From Alphaproteobacteria bacterium (lineage in GTDB: Bacteria > Pseudomonadota > Alphaproteobacteria > UBA828), in contig CAXXVO010000006.1 in NCBI GenBank assembly GCA_963422645.2, positions 1 to 64,000 of the forward strand: 64,000 nt of DNA, given 5' to 3'. Under the pieces are notes generated by a model. That model was not told the origin of the DNA. It searched no databases and was given only the letters and a program-made list of their open reading frames with translations. Positions 1-11,751 of the stretch are shown here, piece after piece (the first letter of the stretch is position 1; the number at the start of each line of letters is the position of its first letter). Position numbers and translations under genes: made by a program.

Positions 1-1868
1 GCTGCTTCTTCCGGGCCGTGTCGGGCGATGCGGTTGCGCAGGCGGCCAAGCTGGCGGTCGAGGCGATGGATTGCCTTGTCATAGGCCCGCCGCAGCGGGT
101 TGACGACCATGGCGGCGGGATCGAGAGGCTCGAGCTCGTGGGTCGGCAGGGCGTCGAGATTGAACTCGTCACGCATGTACTTGAAGAAGTTCTCCTGCGA
201 CCAGCGCGAGAACATGGCGCCCGCAACCTCAGCCATCGGCTTGTGCGGATCGGTGGTGATCAGCGGCACCTGACGGCCGTTGTCGAGCAGGCGGCGGATC
301 TGGCGCACCCTGAAGCCGTTCGGCAACGTCACCGGCTTCTCAGCCAGCCGCATGGTGGCGCTGCCGTCCGCCGCCGGTCCGTGAATGGGAACGGTCATCG
401 CGCCGAAGTCCTCGGCCGGCCAGTCCTCGCCCCTGAAGTTCTTGTGCCAGGTCAGGCAGGCGACGCCGCGCCTCGCCAGCCGGCGGAACAGATCCGGGCT
501 CCAGCCCTCGCGGTCGAAGACCAGGGTGAGCGCCGGCTGGCCGGGATGCTCGGCGGTCAGGTCCGGCGCCCCGGCGCCAACGATCCCAAGCTCCTGCAGC
601 GCCGGCACCACGTCGGCTTCGATGGCCGCGACCATCTTCGGGTCCAGCGGCTTGTGCAGACAGAGCAGCGGCTTGCCGCCCAGAGCGTTGATCCAGTAGC
701 TGGCGCTCGCCGGCAGGCACAGCTTCTCGCGCGAGACGAAGTGCTTGGGCAAGCGCCCCTTGCGGCCGGAGTAGACCTTGACGTGCCCGTCGATGGCCAG
801 CGTCGCCCAGAGCTCCGGCTCGTCGGCGCCTTGCCAGCGCCTGGCAAGGGCGAGCTGCCACGCCCGCACGCCGGCCTCGTCGTCGGCGATGAGAGCGATC
901 TTGCGGCGCAGCGTCTTGACCTCGGGGCAGCGATCGAGGCCGAGAATGGCGCCCCATTCGCCCGGCGCCTGGTAGCGCAGGCTCTCGGGGTTGCGCACCC
1001 GCGCCAAGGTCATGAAGGCCAGGAAGAGCAGGATCGTAGGCAAGCCGTAATAGCCCTTCGGCAGCAATGGCAGGAGACCGGTCTCGGAGAGAAGACCTTC
1101 CTTCAGCAGGGCCGGCAGGGCGGCGAGCACGCCGCCGAAGCGGACACCGCGGGCGGCGGCGGCGAACTGCGGTTCGACCGGCCCCGCCTGTCCACAACTG
1201 GCCAGAACCCGAGCCGGAACATCGCAAGTCGCACGCCCCATCGGCGCCTGCCGGTCCCGCCGATCGCGCGCGCTGCGATCCGTTTGCGGCTGCGCTTCCA
1301 GCCCCGGCGCCGTCTCCGGCCCCGGGGCACCGGTACTCTCTTCATCGACACGGCCTTCAGGAGCCGCACCCGCGTCAGGCGGCGCAGCCAGCGCTGAGCG
1401 TCCGGGCTCCCCATCCGCCTCCGTGTTGCCGATCAGTCCCTGACGGCGCCACTTGTTGACCGATGGCGCTGACACGCCGAGAACCCGGGCCGCCGCAGAG
1501 CCGCTCAGGCCCGATGCCAGCAACGCCGTCGCCTTCTCCGCCAACTCCGGAGTGAACACCGACGGCCCGCGACCGCGCCGGGGCTTCATGAACCCCGCTT
1601 CGCCCTCGGCCAGGTAGCGCCGTCGTGCGCGCTGCACCGTCGCGCGCGAGACAGCGAAAGCGTCAGCCAGTTCCTGCGGCGAGACCGCGCTGATCGCCGC
1701 GAGGCGGCCGATCCGCAAGAGCATGGCCGTGCGGTCATCGGCGGCGTGGCTGTCAAAGGGAATGAGGTTGGAAAAGTAGGTGAAGGTGTCGTCCGAGATC
1801 AGGACGGCGAAGCAGCTGTTGCCGATCGAGACCGCCTCTGGAGGGCACATTGGGAGGGTACTGGGCAT
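1..1868 (-). CDS. DDE transposase with N-terminal HTH (same family as 38491..40773); 3' end runs off the window
   Basis: Not in the ORF track (no stop in window). Manual translation from ATG at 1868 gives MPSTLPMCPPEAVSIG...LGLDRCPEVKTLRRK...LAIDGHVKVY...LVFDREGWS...RWSQENFFKYMR, matching motifs of the 38491 protein. Confidence 0.9.
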   Translation of the reverse strand, partial: MPSTLPMCPPEAVSIGNSCFAVLISDDTFTYFSNLIPFDSHAADDRTAMLLRIGRLAAISAVSPQELADAFAVSRATVQRARRRYLAEGEAGFMKPRRGRGPSVFTPELAEKATALLASGLSGSAAARVLGVSAPSVNKWRRQGLIGNTEADGEPGRSALAAPPDAGAAPEGRVDEESTGAPGPETAPGLEAQPQTDRSARDRRDRQAPMGRATCDVPARVLASCGQAGPVEPQFAAAARGVRFGGVLAALPALLKEGLLSETGLLPLLPKGYYGLPTILLFLAFMTLARVRNPESLRYQAPGEWGAILGLDRCPEVKTLRRKIALIADDEAGVRAWQLALARRWQGADEPELWATLAIDGHVKVYSGRKGRLPKHFVSREKLCLPASASYWINALGGKPLLCLHKPLDPKMVAAIEADVVPALQELGIVGAGAPDLTAEHPGQPALTLVFDREGWSPDLFRRLARRGVACLTWHKNFRGEDWPAEDFGAMTVPIHGPAADGSATMRLAEKPVTLPNGFRVRQIRRLLDNGRQVPLITTDPHKPMAEVAGAMFSRWSQENFFKYMRDEFNLDALPTHELEPLDPAAMVVNPLRRAYDKAIHRLDRQLGRLRNRIARHGPEEA

Positions 1869-2022
1869 GGTTGAGACCGTGCAATTGGTATCAAATTATA
1901 ATATCAGACCTCGGGCGCGACACCCAGCGAAAAACCGCCTGAAACAACCGAAATGTATCAGAATTCAAGGGGTTCCCGGCACGCTGCCCAGAACAGCCAG
2001 CATCACGAGGTCAGGAAGTCTG
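1..2022 (-). mobile_element. IS element (partial), one end at about 2022
   Basis: Reverse complement of 2008-2022 (CAGACTTCCTGACCT) resembles the TIR CAGAACTCCTGACAT of the related element at 38239. Confidence 0.7.
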
Positions 2023-2073
2023 AGCTTTGTCCCGCGCCCGCGATCTTTCAGGCGCGAGCGGTGCCCCGGACCA

Positions 2074-2600
2074 TGGTGCGGTGCACGGAGGGCGGCGGGG
2101 GCGGCAGGATCGGGGCATGTGGACCGACAGCACACTGGGGGTGGCGGGCGAGAGTGCGGGTGGCGGCGGCGACCGCTTCGCCGCGCGCATCCATGGCCTG
2201 ATCGACCTGCAGCGCGAGGTCGGTGACCAGGCGGCGGAGTGGGCGGAGAGGCGGGGGCCCCGTGCCGGGGATCACACCGCGCGCCTCGCTATTGAGAGCG
2301 TGCGCTCGCTCTTGCTGCTCAAGGTCGCCGAGCTCACCGAGCGTGAGGAGCCGCCTTCGATAGACGAGGTCGCGTATCTCGCCCTTGCGCTCCACCGCAT
2401 CGAAGGCGCCAACAGGCACCGCCTGGCGCGCGAGCAGCAGGCGGTGGGCGAGACTGCTGCCCCTCAGGCCCCGCGCGAGCCCCCTTCCACGCAGGAAATG
2501 AGGGCCCTCCTCGGCCCGGCCATCAAGGAGGCGTTCCACCCCGAACGCCTGGGCTCGAAGCCGTGGGAGCCCTGGCCGGATGCCCCCTCGCCTGCCGAGC
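2074..2600 (+). repeat. Long repeat, copy 1 (inverted relative to about 18435-18960)
   Basis: About 0.5 kb of high nucleotide similarity, e.g. CCTTCCACGCAGGAAATGAGGGCCCTCCTCGGCCCGGCCATCAAGGAGGCGTT in both copies. Confidence 0.9.
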
Positions 2601-2893
2601 CGCAGCCGCCCTTGGACCCGAGCGCCGGGCATTCCGCCCCGGACGCGTCCGTGTCGCAAGGCGAAGAAGAGGCGCGTGACGGGTCCGATCCTGAGGGGCC
2701 GTGCGAGGCGGAGGATCGGGAGCGCGCGCGTGAAGGGCACGATATGGGCCACGCGCGCAGAGCGCATGATGACGTCCACGCGCGCAAAGCGCGCGATGCG
2801 GACGACGTACCGCATATCGCGCGCCCCAATCGCTGGTCCTGGGGCGGCGAATTGTGGCCACCGGAGATCCCCCTCGACCCCTCGCGATGGTGA
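2117..2893 (+). CDS. Orphan phage Mu gp27-like (DUF3486-like) protein with low-complexity C-terminal tail
   Basis: Helical core DRFAARIHGL...GDHTARLAIESVRSLL...IDEVAYLALALHRIE...RE resembles the central/C-terminal part of Mu gp27. A near-identical copy lies at 18375..18917 (-). Confidence 0.55.
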   Translation: MWTDSTLGVAGESAGGGGDRFAARIHGLIDLQREVGDQAAEWAERRGPRAGDHTARLAIESVRSLLLLKVAELTEREEPPSIDEVAYLALALHRIEGANRHRLAREQQAVGETAAPQAPREPPSTQEMRALLGPAIKEAFHPERLGSKPWEPWPDAPSPAEPQPPLDPSAGHSAPDASVSQGEEEARDGSDPEGPCEAEDRERAREGHDMGHARRAHDDVHARKARDADDVPHIARPNRWSWGGELWPPEIPLDPSRW

Positions 2894-2925
2894 GGCCGGG
2901 GTAACGTCCGCTCCGGCCGGACTTG

Positions 2926-3022
2926 CCCGGACTCGTTCCGGGTATCCGGCCATCCACGTGTTCGCCCGGAGCTCGCTGCGCCCGGCTTAGGGAGATGCCC
3001 GGATACCCGGGGCATGTCCGGG
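2926..3022. repeat. REP-like intergenic palindromic element
   Basis: CCCGGACTCGTTCCGGGTATCCGGCCATC pairs imperfectly with GATGCCCGGATACCCGGGGCATGTCCGGG. The CCGGCCATCCACG motif is typical of alphaproteobacterial palindromic repeats. Confidence 0.6.
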
Positions 3023-3218
3023 TTCGACCTTATTGAGCAGAGCGCGCGGCGGAGACGACGGCCGACTCCCGTGTCACATGCCGCGTGCGCGACGCTCCGA
3101 GCGTGCGGGACACCTCACTCGTCCCGCTTGTCCCGCCTGATCCCGGCGAATCCCGCATTAAAATTTGCGTCGCTGTCCCACGAAACGCCAAAGGGGCGAT
3201 CGGCGAAGGGGACGCCGG

Positions 3219-3250
3219 CAAAGAAGAAGGGGGCCGCAAGGCCCCCTCCC
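3219..3250 (-). terminator. Intrinsic terminator of groEL
   Basis: GC-rich hairpin with a TTGC loop followed by TTCTTCTTT, about 30 nt after the groEL stop. Confidence 0.7.
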
Positions 3251-3277
3251 CGTCTCTCTGCGTTGGATGGCGCGGGC

Positions 3278-4942
<1,665 letters not shown>

Positions 4943-4987
4943 CGCCGATCGCTCCAAATTGGATGTCTAACGGGAGAGGGTGTCGAG

Positions 4988-5275
4988 CTACTCGATCACG
5001 CCCATGATGTCGGACTCCTTCATGATCAACAGCTCCTCACCGTCGACCCTGACCTCGCTTCCCGACCACTTGCCGAACAGGATGCGGTCGCCCGCCTCGA
5101 CATCGAGAGGGGTGAGCCTGCCGTCCTCCCCGCGCCCGCCCGGGCCGGCGGCGACAACCTCGCCTTCCTGCGGTTTCTCCTGGGCGGTATCGGGAATGAT
5201 GATGCCGCCCGCTGTCGTTTGATCCTGCTCGATCCGCCGAACCAGCACGCGATCGTGCAAAGGCCTGATATTCAT
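4988..5275 (-). CDS. groES: Co-chaperonin GroES
   Basis: [14 protein letters not shown]...[15 protein letters not shown]. Confidence 0.97.
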   Translation of the reverse strand: MNIRPLHDRVLVRRIEQDQTTAGGIIIPDTAQEKPQEGEVVAAGPGGRGEDGRLTPLDVEAGDRILFGKWSGSEVRVDGEELLIMKESDIMGVIE

Positions 5276-5333
5276 GCCGTCCTCCGAGACGTGACCATGT
5301 TCAATTCTGCGAGTGCTCCGCCAAGGGCGCCTG

Positions 5334-5360
5334 TTAGCGCTCTCGCGAGTCGAGTGCTAA
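5334..5360. promoter_or_regulatory. CIRCE element (HrcA operator)
   Basis: TTAGCGCTC-N9-GAGTGCTAA, one mismatch to TTAGCACTC-N9-GAGTGCTAA, upstream of groES. Confidence 0.9.
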
Positions 5361-5366
5361 GGCGCT

Positions 5367-5396
5367 TAATAGGGAGGCAGCGCGGCGGTGTCAACA
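5367..5396 (-). promoter_or_regulatory. Putative RpoH-type promoter of groES
   Basis: Minus strand GTTGAC...CCCTATTA, immediately upstream of CIRCE. Confidence 0.55.
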
Positions 5397-5675
5397 GGAA
5401 GGCAGACTGTTCACGGTCTGTACTCCCTAACGCTGGTTTCCTAAATGTTCTACTTTTATTCTCGGCTTCAATTCACTGCTCTCCGCGACCTCAGAGGGGC
5501 TTGCGAACGCTCGAGAGGCTTGGCTGCCGCATCGCTCCACTCGTCGTCTAACTCTGAATTGGCATCGAAGAGATGGAAACTATAGTGTTATGTTAGAGAT
5601 AGTTGTGCGAATGTATTACGGTTATACGTTTTGTAAAAATGGAGCGAAACGGAGCCTGTGCGCCGGGAGGATTGG

Positions 5676-7046
5676 TCAGCGGGCAAGGGCGAGCGAGACG
5701 CCGGGGCGCTGCTCCAGCCGGCCGGCATCCGCCGGGCTGAGGCCGACCCTGAGACGAGCCTCGCCAGCGTCGTCCGCATGCTCCAGGACCTCGCCGTGGC
5801 GGTAGAGCCAGGCCAGAGTCGCGCCGTCGGCATAGGGCACCCGCACCTCGACGATGCGCCGCGCCGCCGTCAGCCGGGCGTCGATGGCCTCCACCAGATC
5901 GCCGATCCCGTCGCCCGTGAGCGCCGAAGCAGCGACGACACTCGGATAATCGGGGCGGCCGTTGCCTCCGTTGACCCCTTCCCTCCCCCGTTCCGCAAGG
6001 CAGGCGCGCTGGCGCGCGTCCAGCAGGTCGAGCTTGTTGAGCACCTCGACGACTCCGGTCCCGAGGCGGTCTTCGAGCCCGAGCTCGGTCAGCACCCTGA
6101 GCACGTCGTCACGCTGCTCGGTGCTGTCCGCATGGGCGCAATCGCGGACGTGCACGATGAGGTCGGCCGCGACCACCTCTTCAAGGGTCGCGCGAAACGC
6201 CGCCACCAGGTCGTGCGGCAGGTCGGAGACGAAGCCCACTGTATCGGAGAGGATGACGCGCTGGCCCGATGGCAGCACGATCCCGCGCATGGTCGGGTCG
6301 AGGGTCGCGAAGAGCTGGTCGCGGGCTGCCGCCGAGGCCCCGGTAAGGCGGTTGAAGAGCGTCGTCTTGCCGGCGTTGGTGTAGCCGACCAGGGCAATCA
6401 CGGGATAGGGGACGCGCTGGCGTGCGGCGCGATGCAGGCCGCGGGTGCGCTTGACCCCGTCGAGCGCACGCTCAAGCCGGCCGATGCGGACGCGAATCTG
6501 GCGTCGGTCGGCCTCGATCTGCGTCTCGCCCGGCCCGCCCACGAAGCCGAGTCCGCCGCGCTGGCGTTCCAGGTGGGTCCAGGATCGCACCAGGCGGCTG
6601 CGCTGGTAGCGGAGCGCGGCGAGCTCGACCTGGAGCCGGCCTTCCCGGGTGCGCGCCCGGGCTGCGAAGATCTCGAGGATGAGCGCGGTGCGGTCGATCA
6701 CCTTGCAGTCCCAAGCGCGTTCGAGATTGCGCTGCTGAACCGGAGTGAGCGCCCCATCCACGACGATCAGGCCCAACTCGTGCGCGGATACCGCGTCCGC
6801 CACCGCCTCCACCCGTCCCGGACCGAAGAGGGTGGCCGGCCGCGGCCTTTGCACGGGCACGACGTCAGCCTCGACGACGTCGAGGTCGATGGCGCGGGCG
6901 AGGCTCACCGCCTCGGTGAGGCGACTCGCGGGCTCCCGCACGCGTTCGCCCGCGTGCCAAGGGGCCGGCGTGCGAGCCAGCGCTGGGTGCAGGATGCAGG
7001 TGCGTTCTGGCGAATTGGCGTCGCTCGGGACGCTTACGCCCACCAC
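5676..7046 (-). CDS. hflX: GTPase HflX
   Basis: GPGETQIEADRR, GYTNAGKTT, DQLFATLDPT, DTVGF and NKLD motifs; follows hfq. Confidence 0.96.
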   Translation of the reverse strand: MVGVSVPSDANSPERTCILHPALARTPAPWHAGERVREPASRLTEAVSLARAIDLDVVEADVVPVQRPRPATLFGPGRVEAVADAVSAHELGLIVVDGALTPVQQRNLERAWDCKVIDRTALILEIFAARARTREGRLQVELAALRYQRSRLVRSWTHLERQRGGLGFVGGPGETQIEADRRQIRVRIGRLERALDGVKRTRGLHRAARQRVPYPVIALVGYTNAGKTTLFNRLTGASAAARDQLFATLDPTMRGIVLPSGQRVILSDTVGFVSDLPHDLVAAFRATLEEVVAADLIVHVRDCAHADSTEQRDDVLRVLTELGLEDRLGTGVVEVLNKLDLLDARQRACLAERGREGVNGGNGRPDYPSVVAASALTGDGIGDLVEAIDARLTAARRIVEVRVPYADGATLAWLYRHGEVLEHADDAGEARLRVGLSPADAGRLEQRPGVSLALAR

Positions 7047-7307
7047 TTAGGTCTCGTCCTCCTCTGCCGGCTCCGCTTCCTGATCGAAGAGCTGAACTGG
7101 CTGAACCGGCATCACCGTCGATATCGCATGCTTGTAGACAAGCTGCGAATGATCGTCGCGTTTGAGCAGGACACAGAAATTATCGAACCAGGTGATGATC
7201 CCCTGGAGCTTGACGCCGTTCACGAGAAAGATCGTGACCGGCATTTTCCCTTTGCGCACGTGATTGAGGAAGACGTCCTGGAGACTGTGGGATCCCTTGC
7301 CAGTCAT
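7047..7307 (-). CDS. hfq: RNA chaperone Hfq
   Basis: LQDVFLN...[10 protein letters not shown]...[11 protein letters not shown]. Start reset to ATG 7307. Confidence 0.97.
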   Translation of the reverse strand: MTGKGSHSLQDVFLNHVRKGKMPVTIFLVNGVKLQGIITWFDNFCVLLKRDDHSQLVYKHAISTVMPVQPVQLFDQEAEPAEEDET

Positions 7308-7385
7308 GTGTTCCTCTATCCTTGCCTGCCCCCGCCTGCGAGGGGCCGGGCGCCGGGCAAACTCGTGCAAGCATGCCAGCCTTAA

Positions 7386-8066
7386 CTATATGGTGATTCC
7401 CTTCTCCCGCAAGAAGCCATGCAACCCCGCGTGATCGAAGAACTGATGATCCGGCACACGCGGGCAGTCTCCGTCGCGGGGTGGGTCGGCGCTGACGATC
7501 ACGGCGGTACAGCCGGCGTTGCGGGCGCAGGTCACGTCGATGCCCGTGTCGCCAACGTACCACACGTCCGGGCCGGACGAGATCCCGGTGCCGTCGAGCG
7601 CCAGGCTCACGGCCTCCCGCGCGGGCTTGTCCGCGGGCCCGTCGTCGGCGCCCACGATGCGCCCGAAGTATTTGCCCCAGCCGAGCCGAGCCGCTTCCTC
7701 CCGCACCAGGTCCCCCTGCTTGCTACTGACCACTCCGAGCGGGAGACCGTCTCTGTGAAGCGCATCGAGAGTTTGTAGGGCGCCGGCGAGTGGGGTCAGC
7801 CGGTGCAGATGGTGCTCCCGATAGTGTTGGTAAAACAATCGCTCCGCCCGCGCGGCGTCCGCCCCGAAGAGGTCGGGGAACGAGTCCCGCATGGAGCGGC
7901 GCACCCAGGCCTTGGTCTGCTCGAAGGTCCAAGGCTCGCGGCCCAGATCGAGAAAGGTAAGCCGCAGGCTCTCGTGGATGATGTCCCAGCTCTCGACCAG
8001 CGTGTTGTCCCAGTCGAACAGGACGGCACATGGCTTTCTCACTGGTTCCTGCGCCCACCGCGGCAA
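7386..8066 (-). CDS. HAD-family hydrolase
   Basis: FDWDNTL motif I, KP motif, VGDTGID motif. Confidence 0.9.
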   Translation of the reverse strand: MPRWAQEPVRKPCAVLFDWDNTLVESWDIIHESLRLTFLDLGREPWTFEQTKAWVRRSMRDSFPDLFGADAARAERLFYQHYREHHLHRLTPLAGALQTLDALHRDGLPLGVVSSKQGDLVREEAARLGWGKYFGRIVGADDGPADKPAREAVSLALDGTGISSGPDVWYVGDTGIDVTCARNAGCTAVIVSADPPRDGDCPRVPDHQFFDHAGLHGFLREKGITI

Positions 8067-8902
8067 TAGGCCAGGTAGAGATCGCGCAGGCGCAGGGTCA
8101 CGGGCCCTGGCTCCCCGGTGCCGACCGGGCGGCTATCGATGCGAACGATGGCGCGGACGAAGGACGTGGTGCTGGTGAGGAAGGCCTCGGGCGCGGCTTG
8201 CGCCTCGGCCAGCGTGAACGCCCGCTCGACGACCTCGATCCCCGCCTCGTGCGCAAGCCGGATCACCGTCTGACGCGTGATGCCACCAAGAATGTTCGAT
8301 TCGAGGTCTCGTGTGACCACGCGACCGGCATCGTCGACGATCCACGCGTTGGTCGAGGAGCCCTCGGTCACCCGACCTTGCGGATCGACGAACCAGGCCT
8401 CGTAGGCACCCTGCTCGCGCGCCTCCTGCTTGGCCAGCACATTGGGAAGCAGGGAGACCGACTTGACGTCGCAGCGGCCCCAGCGACCGTCCGGAATCGA
8501 GACCACCTCGGCGCCGCGATCGGCCTCTGCCGTTTCGGGCCATTGGACCGGGCGCGCGGTGAGAACCACGGCGCCCTCCGCGTCTTCGGGAAAGGGATGA
8601 TCCCGCGCCGCCGCACCGCGCGTGACCTGCAGGTAGACCATGCCATCGCGCACCCGATTTCGGCGCAGCACTTCTCGGGTCACCAGCTTGAGCGCGCAGC
8701 GCGGGATCGGCAGCTCGATGCTGAGCTCCCGGAGCGAACGTTCCAGCCGATCGAGGTGCGGCTCCTCGTCGATCACGCGGCCGCCGAAGACCGCAGCAAC
8801 CTCGTAGACCCCATCCGAGAATTGGTACCCGCGATCCTCGACATGGACATGCGCCAGGTCGTGGCGCATGTAGCGGCCGTTCACATAGGCGATCCGGGAC
8901 AT
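8039..8902 (-). CDS. dat: D-amino-acid transaminase (class IV PLP)
   Basis: EDRGYQFSDGVYEV, DVKSVSLLPNVLAK, TEGSSTN, ILGGITR. Confidence 0.88.
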   Translation of the reverse strand: MSRIAYVNGRYMRHDLAHVHVEDRGYQFSDGVYEVAAVFGGRVIDEEPHLDRLERSLRELSIELPIPRCALKLVTREVLRRNRVRDGMVYLQVTRGAAARDHPFPEDAEGAVVLTARPVQWPETAEADRGAEVVSIPDGRWGRCDVKSVSLLPNVLAKQEAREQGAYEAWFVDPQGRVTEGSSTNAWIVDDAGRVVTRDLESNILGGITRQTVIRLAHEAGIEVVERAFTLAEAQAAPEAFLTSTTSFVRAIVRIDSRPVGTGEPGPVTLRLRDLYLAYCRGGRRNQ

Positions 8903-8914
8903 GCAAGCCTCCGG

Positions 8915-10291
8915 TCAGAAGAATTCCAGGGACACGGCGAACATCTGCTCGATCTTCTTTACCGCACGGGCCGCCGCCAGCATCACGACCCGGTCATGCT
9001 CCTGAATTACCGTGTGCGGACGCGGAATGATGACCTCGTTGCCACGCACAATCGCGCCGACGATGATCCCGGTGGGAAGCTTGGTCTCGACGAGCGGCTG
9101 GCCGACGATGGGCGAGGTCCCGAGAGCCTCGGCTTCGATGATTTCGGCAGCGCCGTCGCGGATCGACTGCACCGCCAAAATACGGCCGCGTCGAATGCGC
9201 CGAAGGATCGTAGAGACTGTCGATTCTCTGGGGCTGACGGCAATGTCGACGCCGAGACTCCCCATCAGCGGCCCGTAGCTGGATTTGTTGACCAGAGAGA
9301 TCGCAGTTCTGCAGCCGGCACGCTTCGCCAGAAGTGCCGCCAGAATGTTCACCTCGTCGTCGTTGGAGACCGCGATCACCGCCTGGGCCAACCCGATATT
9401 GATTTCGATGAAGATCTCGGGGTCCAGCGCATCGCCCTCGATGACGGTGGCGCGGGAGAGCCGCTCCGCCAGGAAGCGCGCGCGCTCCGGGACCAACTCG
9501 ACCACCTTCACGTCGAGCCCCGGATGACTCTCCTCCAGCTCTTGCGCCAGGAAATAACCAATGTTGCCGCCGCCTACGATGACCACGCGGCGGGCCTCGG
9601 GCTCTTCGTGCCCGAAGACAGCCATGCCACGCGCGACGTGTTCTGAGTCCACGGCGAAGTAGACTTCATCACCAATGAGCATCTGGTCGTCGCCGCGCGG
9701 CACGATGAGACGCGAATCCCGGCTGATCGCAAGCACTATGATGTTGAGGTCGGGGAAGAGTTCTGTGAGCTGGCGGAGCGGCGTGTTGATGATGGGGCAA
9801 CCTTCGTCGCAGCGCACGGCGATGACCCGCAGGCGCCCACCGCCGAAAGGCAGCATGTCCAGCGCACCCGGCACTTGAAGCCGACGCTCGATGGCGCGGG
9901 CGACCTCGATTTCGGGCGAGATAATCTGGTCGATCGGCATATGGTCAGGGCTGTAAAGCTCGGCCCAGGCCGGGTTCAAGTAGCTCTGCTGCCGCACCCG
10001 CGCGATTTTCTCGGGTACGTCGAAGAGCGAGTGAGCGACCTGGCAGGCCACCATGTTGACCTCGTCGGAGTGAGTCACGGCGACGATCATCTCGGCGGTC
10101 TTGGCTCCCGCTTCCTCAAGCACGTCGGGGAGCGACGCGTTACCGACGATCGCGCGCGCGTCCACGGTGTCGGAGAGGCGCTGTACGACTGCACGGTCGC
10201 TGTCGATCACGGTCACGTCGTTCGCTTCATTGGCGAGTTGCCGCGCAATGCTGGCGCCGACTTGACCGGCGCCGCAGACGATAATCTTCAT
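8915..10291 (-). CDS. trkA: Trk K+ uptake NAD-binding subunit
   Basis: MKIIVCGAGQVG and a second GGGNIG RCK domain; 458 aa. Confidence 0.96.
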   Translation of the reverse strand: MKIIVCGAGQVGASIARQLANEANDVTVIDSDRAVVQRLSDTVDARAIVGNASLPDVLEEAGAKTAEMIVAVTHSDEVNMVACQVAHSLFDVPEKIARVRQQSYLNPAWAELYSPDHMPIDQIISPEIEVARAIERRLQVPGALDMLPFGGGRLRVIAVRCDEGCPIINTPLRQLTELFPDLNIIVLAISRDSRLIVPRGDDQMLIGDEVYFAVDSEHVARGMAVFGHEEPEARRVVIVGGGNIGYFLAQELEESHPGLDVKVVELVPERARFLAERLSRATVIEGDALDPEIFIEINIGLAQAVIAVSNDDEVNILAALLAKRAGCRTAISLVNKSSYGPLMGSLGVDIAVSPRESTVSTILRRIRRGRILAVQSIRDGAAEIIEAEALGTSPIVGQPLVETKLPTGIIVGAIVRGNEVIIPRPHTVIQEHDRVVMLAAARAVKKIEQMFAVSLEFF

Positions 10292-11751
10292 GGTCCGTTC
10301 AGTTTGTCGGTACCGGTAGAGGCGGAGTCTGCACCGCCCCTGCCATCTGTACCGTTGCCGTCGTGCTCATGGTTCAGAACGCCGAGCGAGCGCAGCTTGC
10401 GATGCAGCGCCGAACGCTCCATTCCGACAAACTGGGCGGTGCGTGAGATATTGCCTCCGAATCGCCGCACCTGGGCGTGGAGATAATTGCGCTCAAACTG
10501 CCGTCGGGCATCGCGCAGCGACAGCATCATCAGATCGGCTGGACCGGGGAGCGCCTGCGAATTGCCAGGCGGCCGTCTCAGTGCTGTCTGAATCATGTCG
10601 GCACCGATTAGCCCCTTGGCGAGTGCCGGCGCCATGATGAGGAGCCATTCCACGAAGTTGCGGAGTTGACGCACATTTCCGGGCCAGTCGAACGATTGCA
10701 GCGTCGCCATCGCGTCGCTGCCAAACTTATGCGGCGGCACCCCGGCGCTCTCCGCCGCTTGGCGGACGAAAAAGCTCGCCAGTTCCGGGATGTCCTCGCG
10801 GCGGTCGCGGAGCGCTGGCACTTCGATAGGCGTGACAAGTAATCGGTAGTAAAGGTCCTCGCGAAAGCGCCCCTTCTCTATCTCGCGCTCCATGTCGCGG
10901 GTCGTCGCCGCCATCACGCGTATATCGACCTCGATTTGCTGCGTGCCGCCTTCGCGTTCGAAGGTGTGCGCCTGCAGGGTGCGCGCCATCTTTCCCTGCG
11001 TCTCCAGCGGCATGTCCGCGATCTCATCAAAGAAAAGCGTGCCGCCGTGAGCGCGTTCAAACGTGCCGATCTTGCGCGAACCGGTGCCAGTGGGCTCGTT
11101 CCCCTCACTGCCAAACAGCTCAAGCTCCACGTGGTCCGGCCGCATCATCGCGGCGTTGACCACGACGAATGGCCCCGAGGACCGCCGCGAACGGCCGTGA
11201 ATGAGACGCGCGACCACCTCCTTTCCTGCCCCGGCGGGGCCGGTGATGAAGACTCGCCGGTCTGTCGGCGCGGCGCGTTCGGCGATCGTGCGGATCTGCT
11301 TGATGGCAGGCGAGGAGCCGATCAACTCATTCGTCTCGCCGGCGCGCAACTTCAACTCGGCGACCTCGCGCCTCAGTTCTGCCGCCTCCAGTGCGCGCGC
11401 CACCGTGAGCAGCAGCCGGTCGCTGTCGAGGGGTTTTTCGATGAACTCGTAGGCTCCCTTCTTGATGGCAGCGACGGCAGTGTCGATGGTTCCGTGCCCG
11501 CTGATCATGATCACGGGGACCTCGGGATGGCGGTGCATCACCGTCTCCAGAACATCCATGCCGCCGAACTCGCTGCCCTCCATCCAAACGTCGAGGATGA
11601 CGAGCGCTGGCGGAGGCCCGGAGTCGATCGCCTCGAGCGCTGCGGCGCCGTCGGCCGCGTCACGTGGCGCGTAGCCGCCGTCTTCTAAGATCCCGGCAAT
11701 GGACTTGCGGACATAGGGTTCGTCGTCGACGATCAGAATATCGCGGGCCAT
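10288..11751 (-). CDS. ntrX: Response regulator NtrX (REC-AAA+-Fis HTH)
   Basis: Receiver domain, GPAGAGKE, GGTLFFDEI, degenerate GAFTGA region, GNISRTAQFVGMERSALHRKL. Confidence 0.93.
   Translation of the reverse strand: MARDILIVDDEPYVRKSIAGILEDGGYAPRDAADGAAALEAIDSGPPPALVILDVWMEGSEFGGMDVLETVMHRHPEVPVIMISGHGTIDTAVAAIKKGAYEFIEKPLDSDRLLLTVARALEAAELRREVAELKLRAGETNELIGSSPAIKQIRTIAERAAPTDRRVFITGPAGAGKEVVARLIHGRSRRSSGPFVVVNAAMMRPDHVELELFGSEGNEPTGTGSRKIGTFERAHGGTLFFDEIADMPLETQGKMARTLQAHTFEREGGTQQIEVDIRVMAATTRDMEREIEKGRFREDLYYRLLVTPIEVPALRDRREDIPELASFFVRQAAESAGVPPHKFGSDAMATLQSFDWPGNVRQLRNFVEWLLIMAPALAKGLIGADMIQTALRRPPGNSQALPGPADLMMLSLRDARRQFERNYLHAQVRRFGGNISRTAQFVGMERSALHRKLRSLGVLNHEHDGNGTDGRGGADSASTGTDKLNGP

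Noticed and set aside
5400-5660. AT-rich intergenic stretch as a possible sRNA
   Set aside because: No convincing structure, terminator or family motif was seen.
10288-11751. Missing GAFTGA motif as a novelty
   Set aside because: This is a known property of NtrX proteins.
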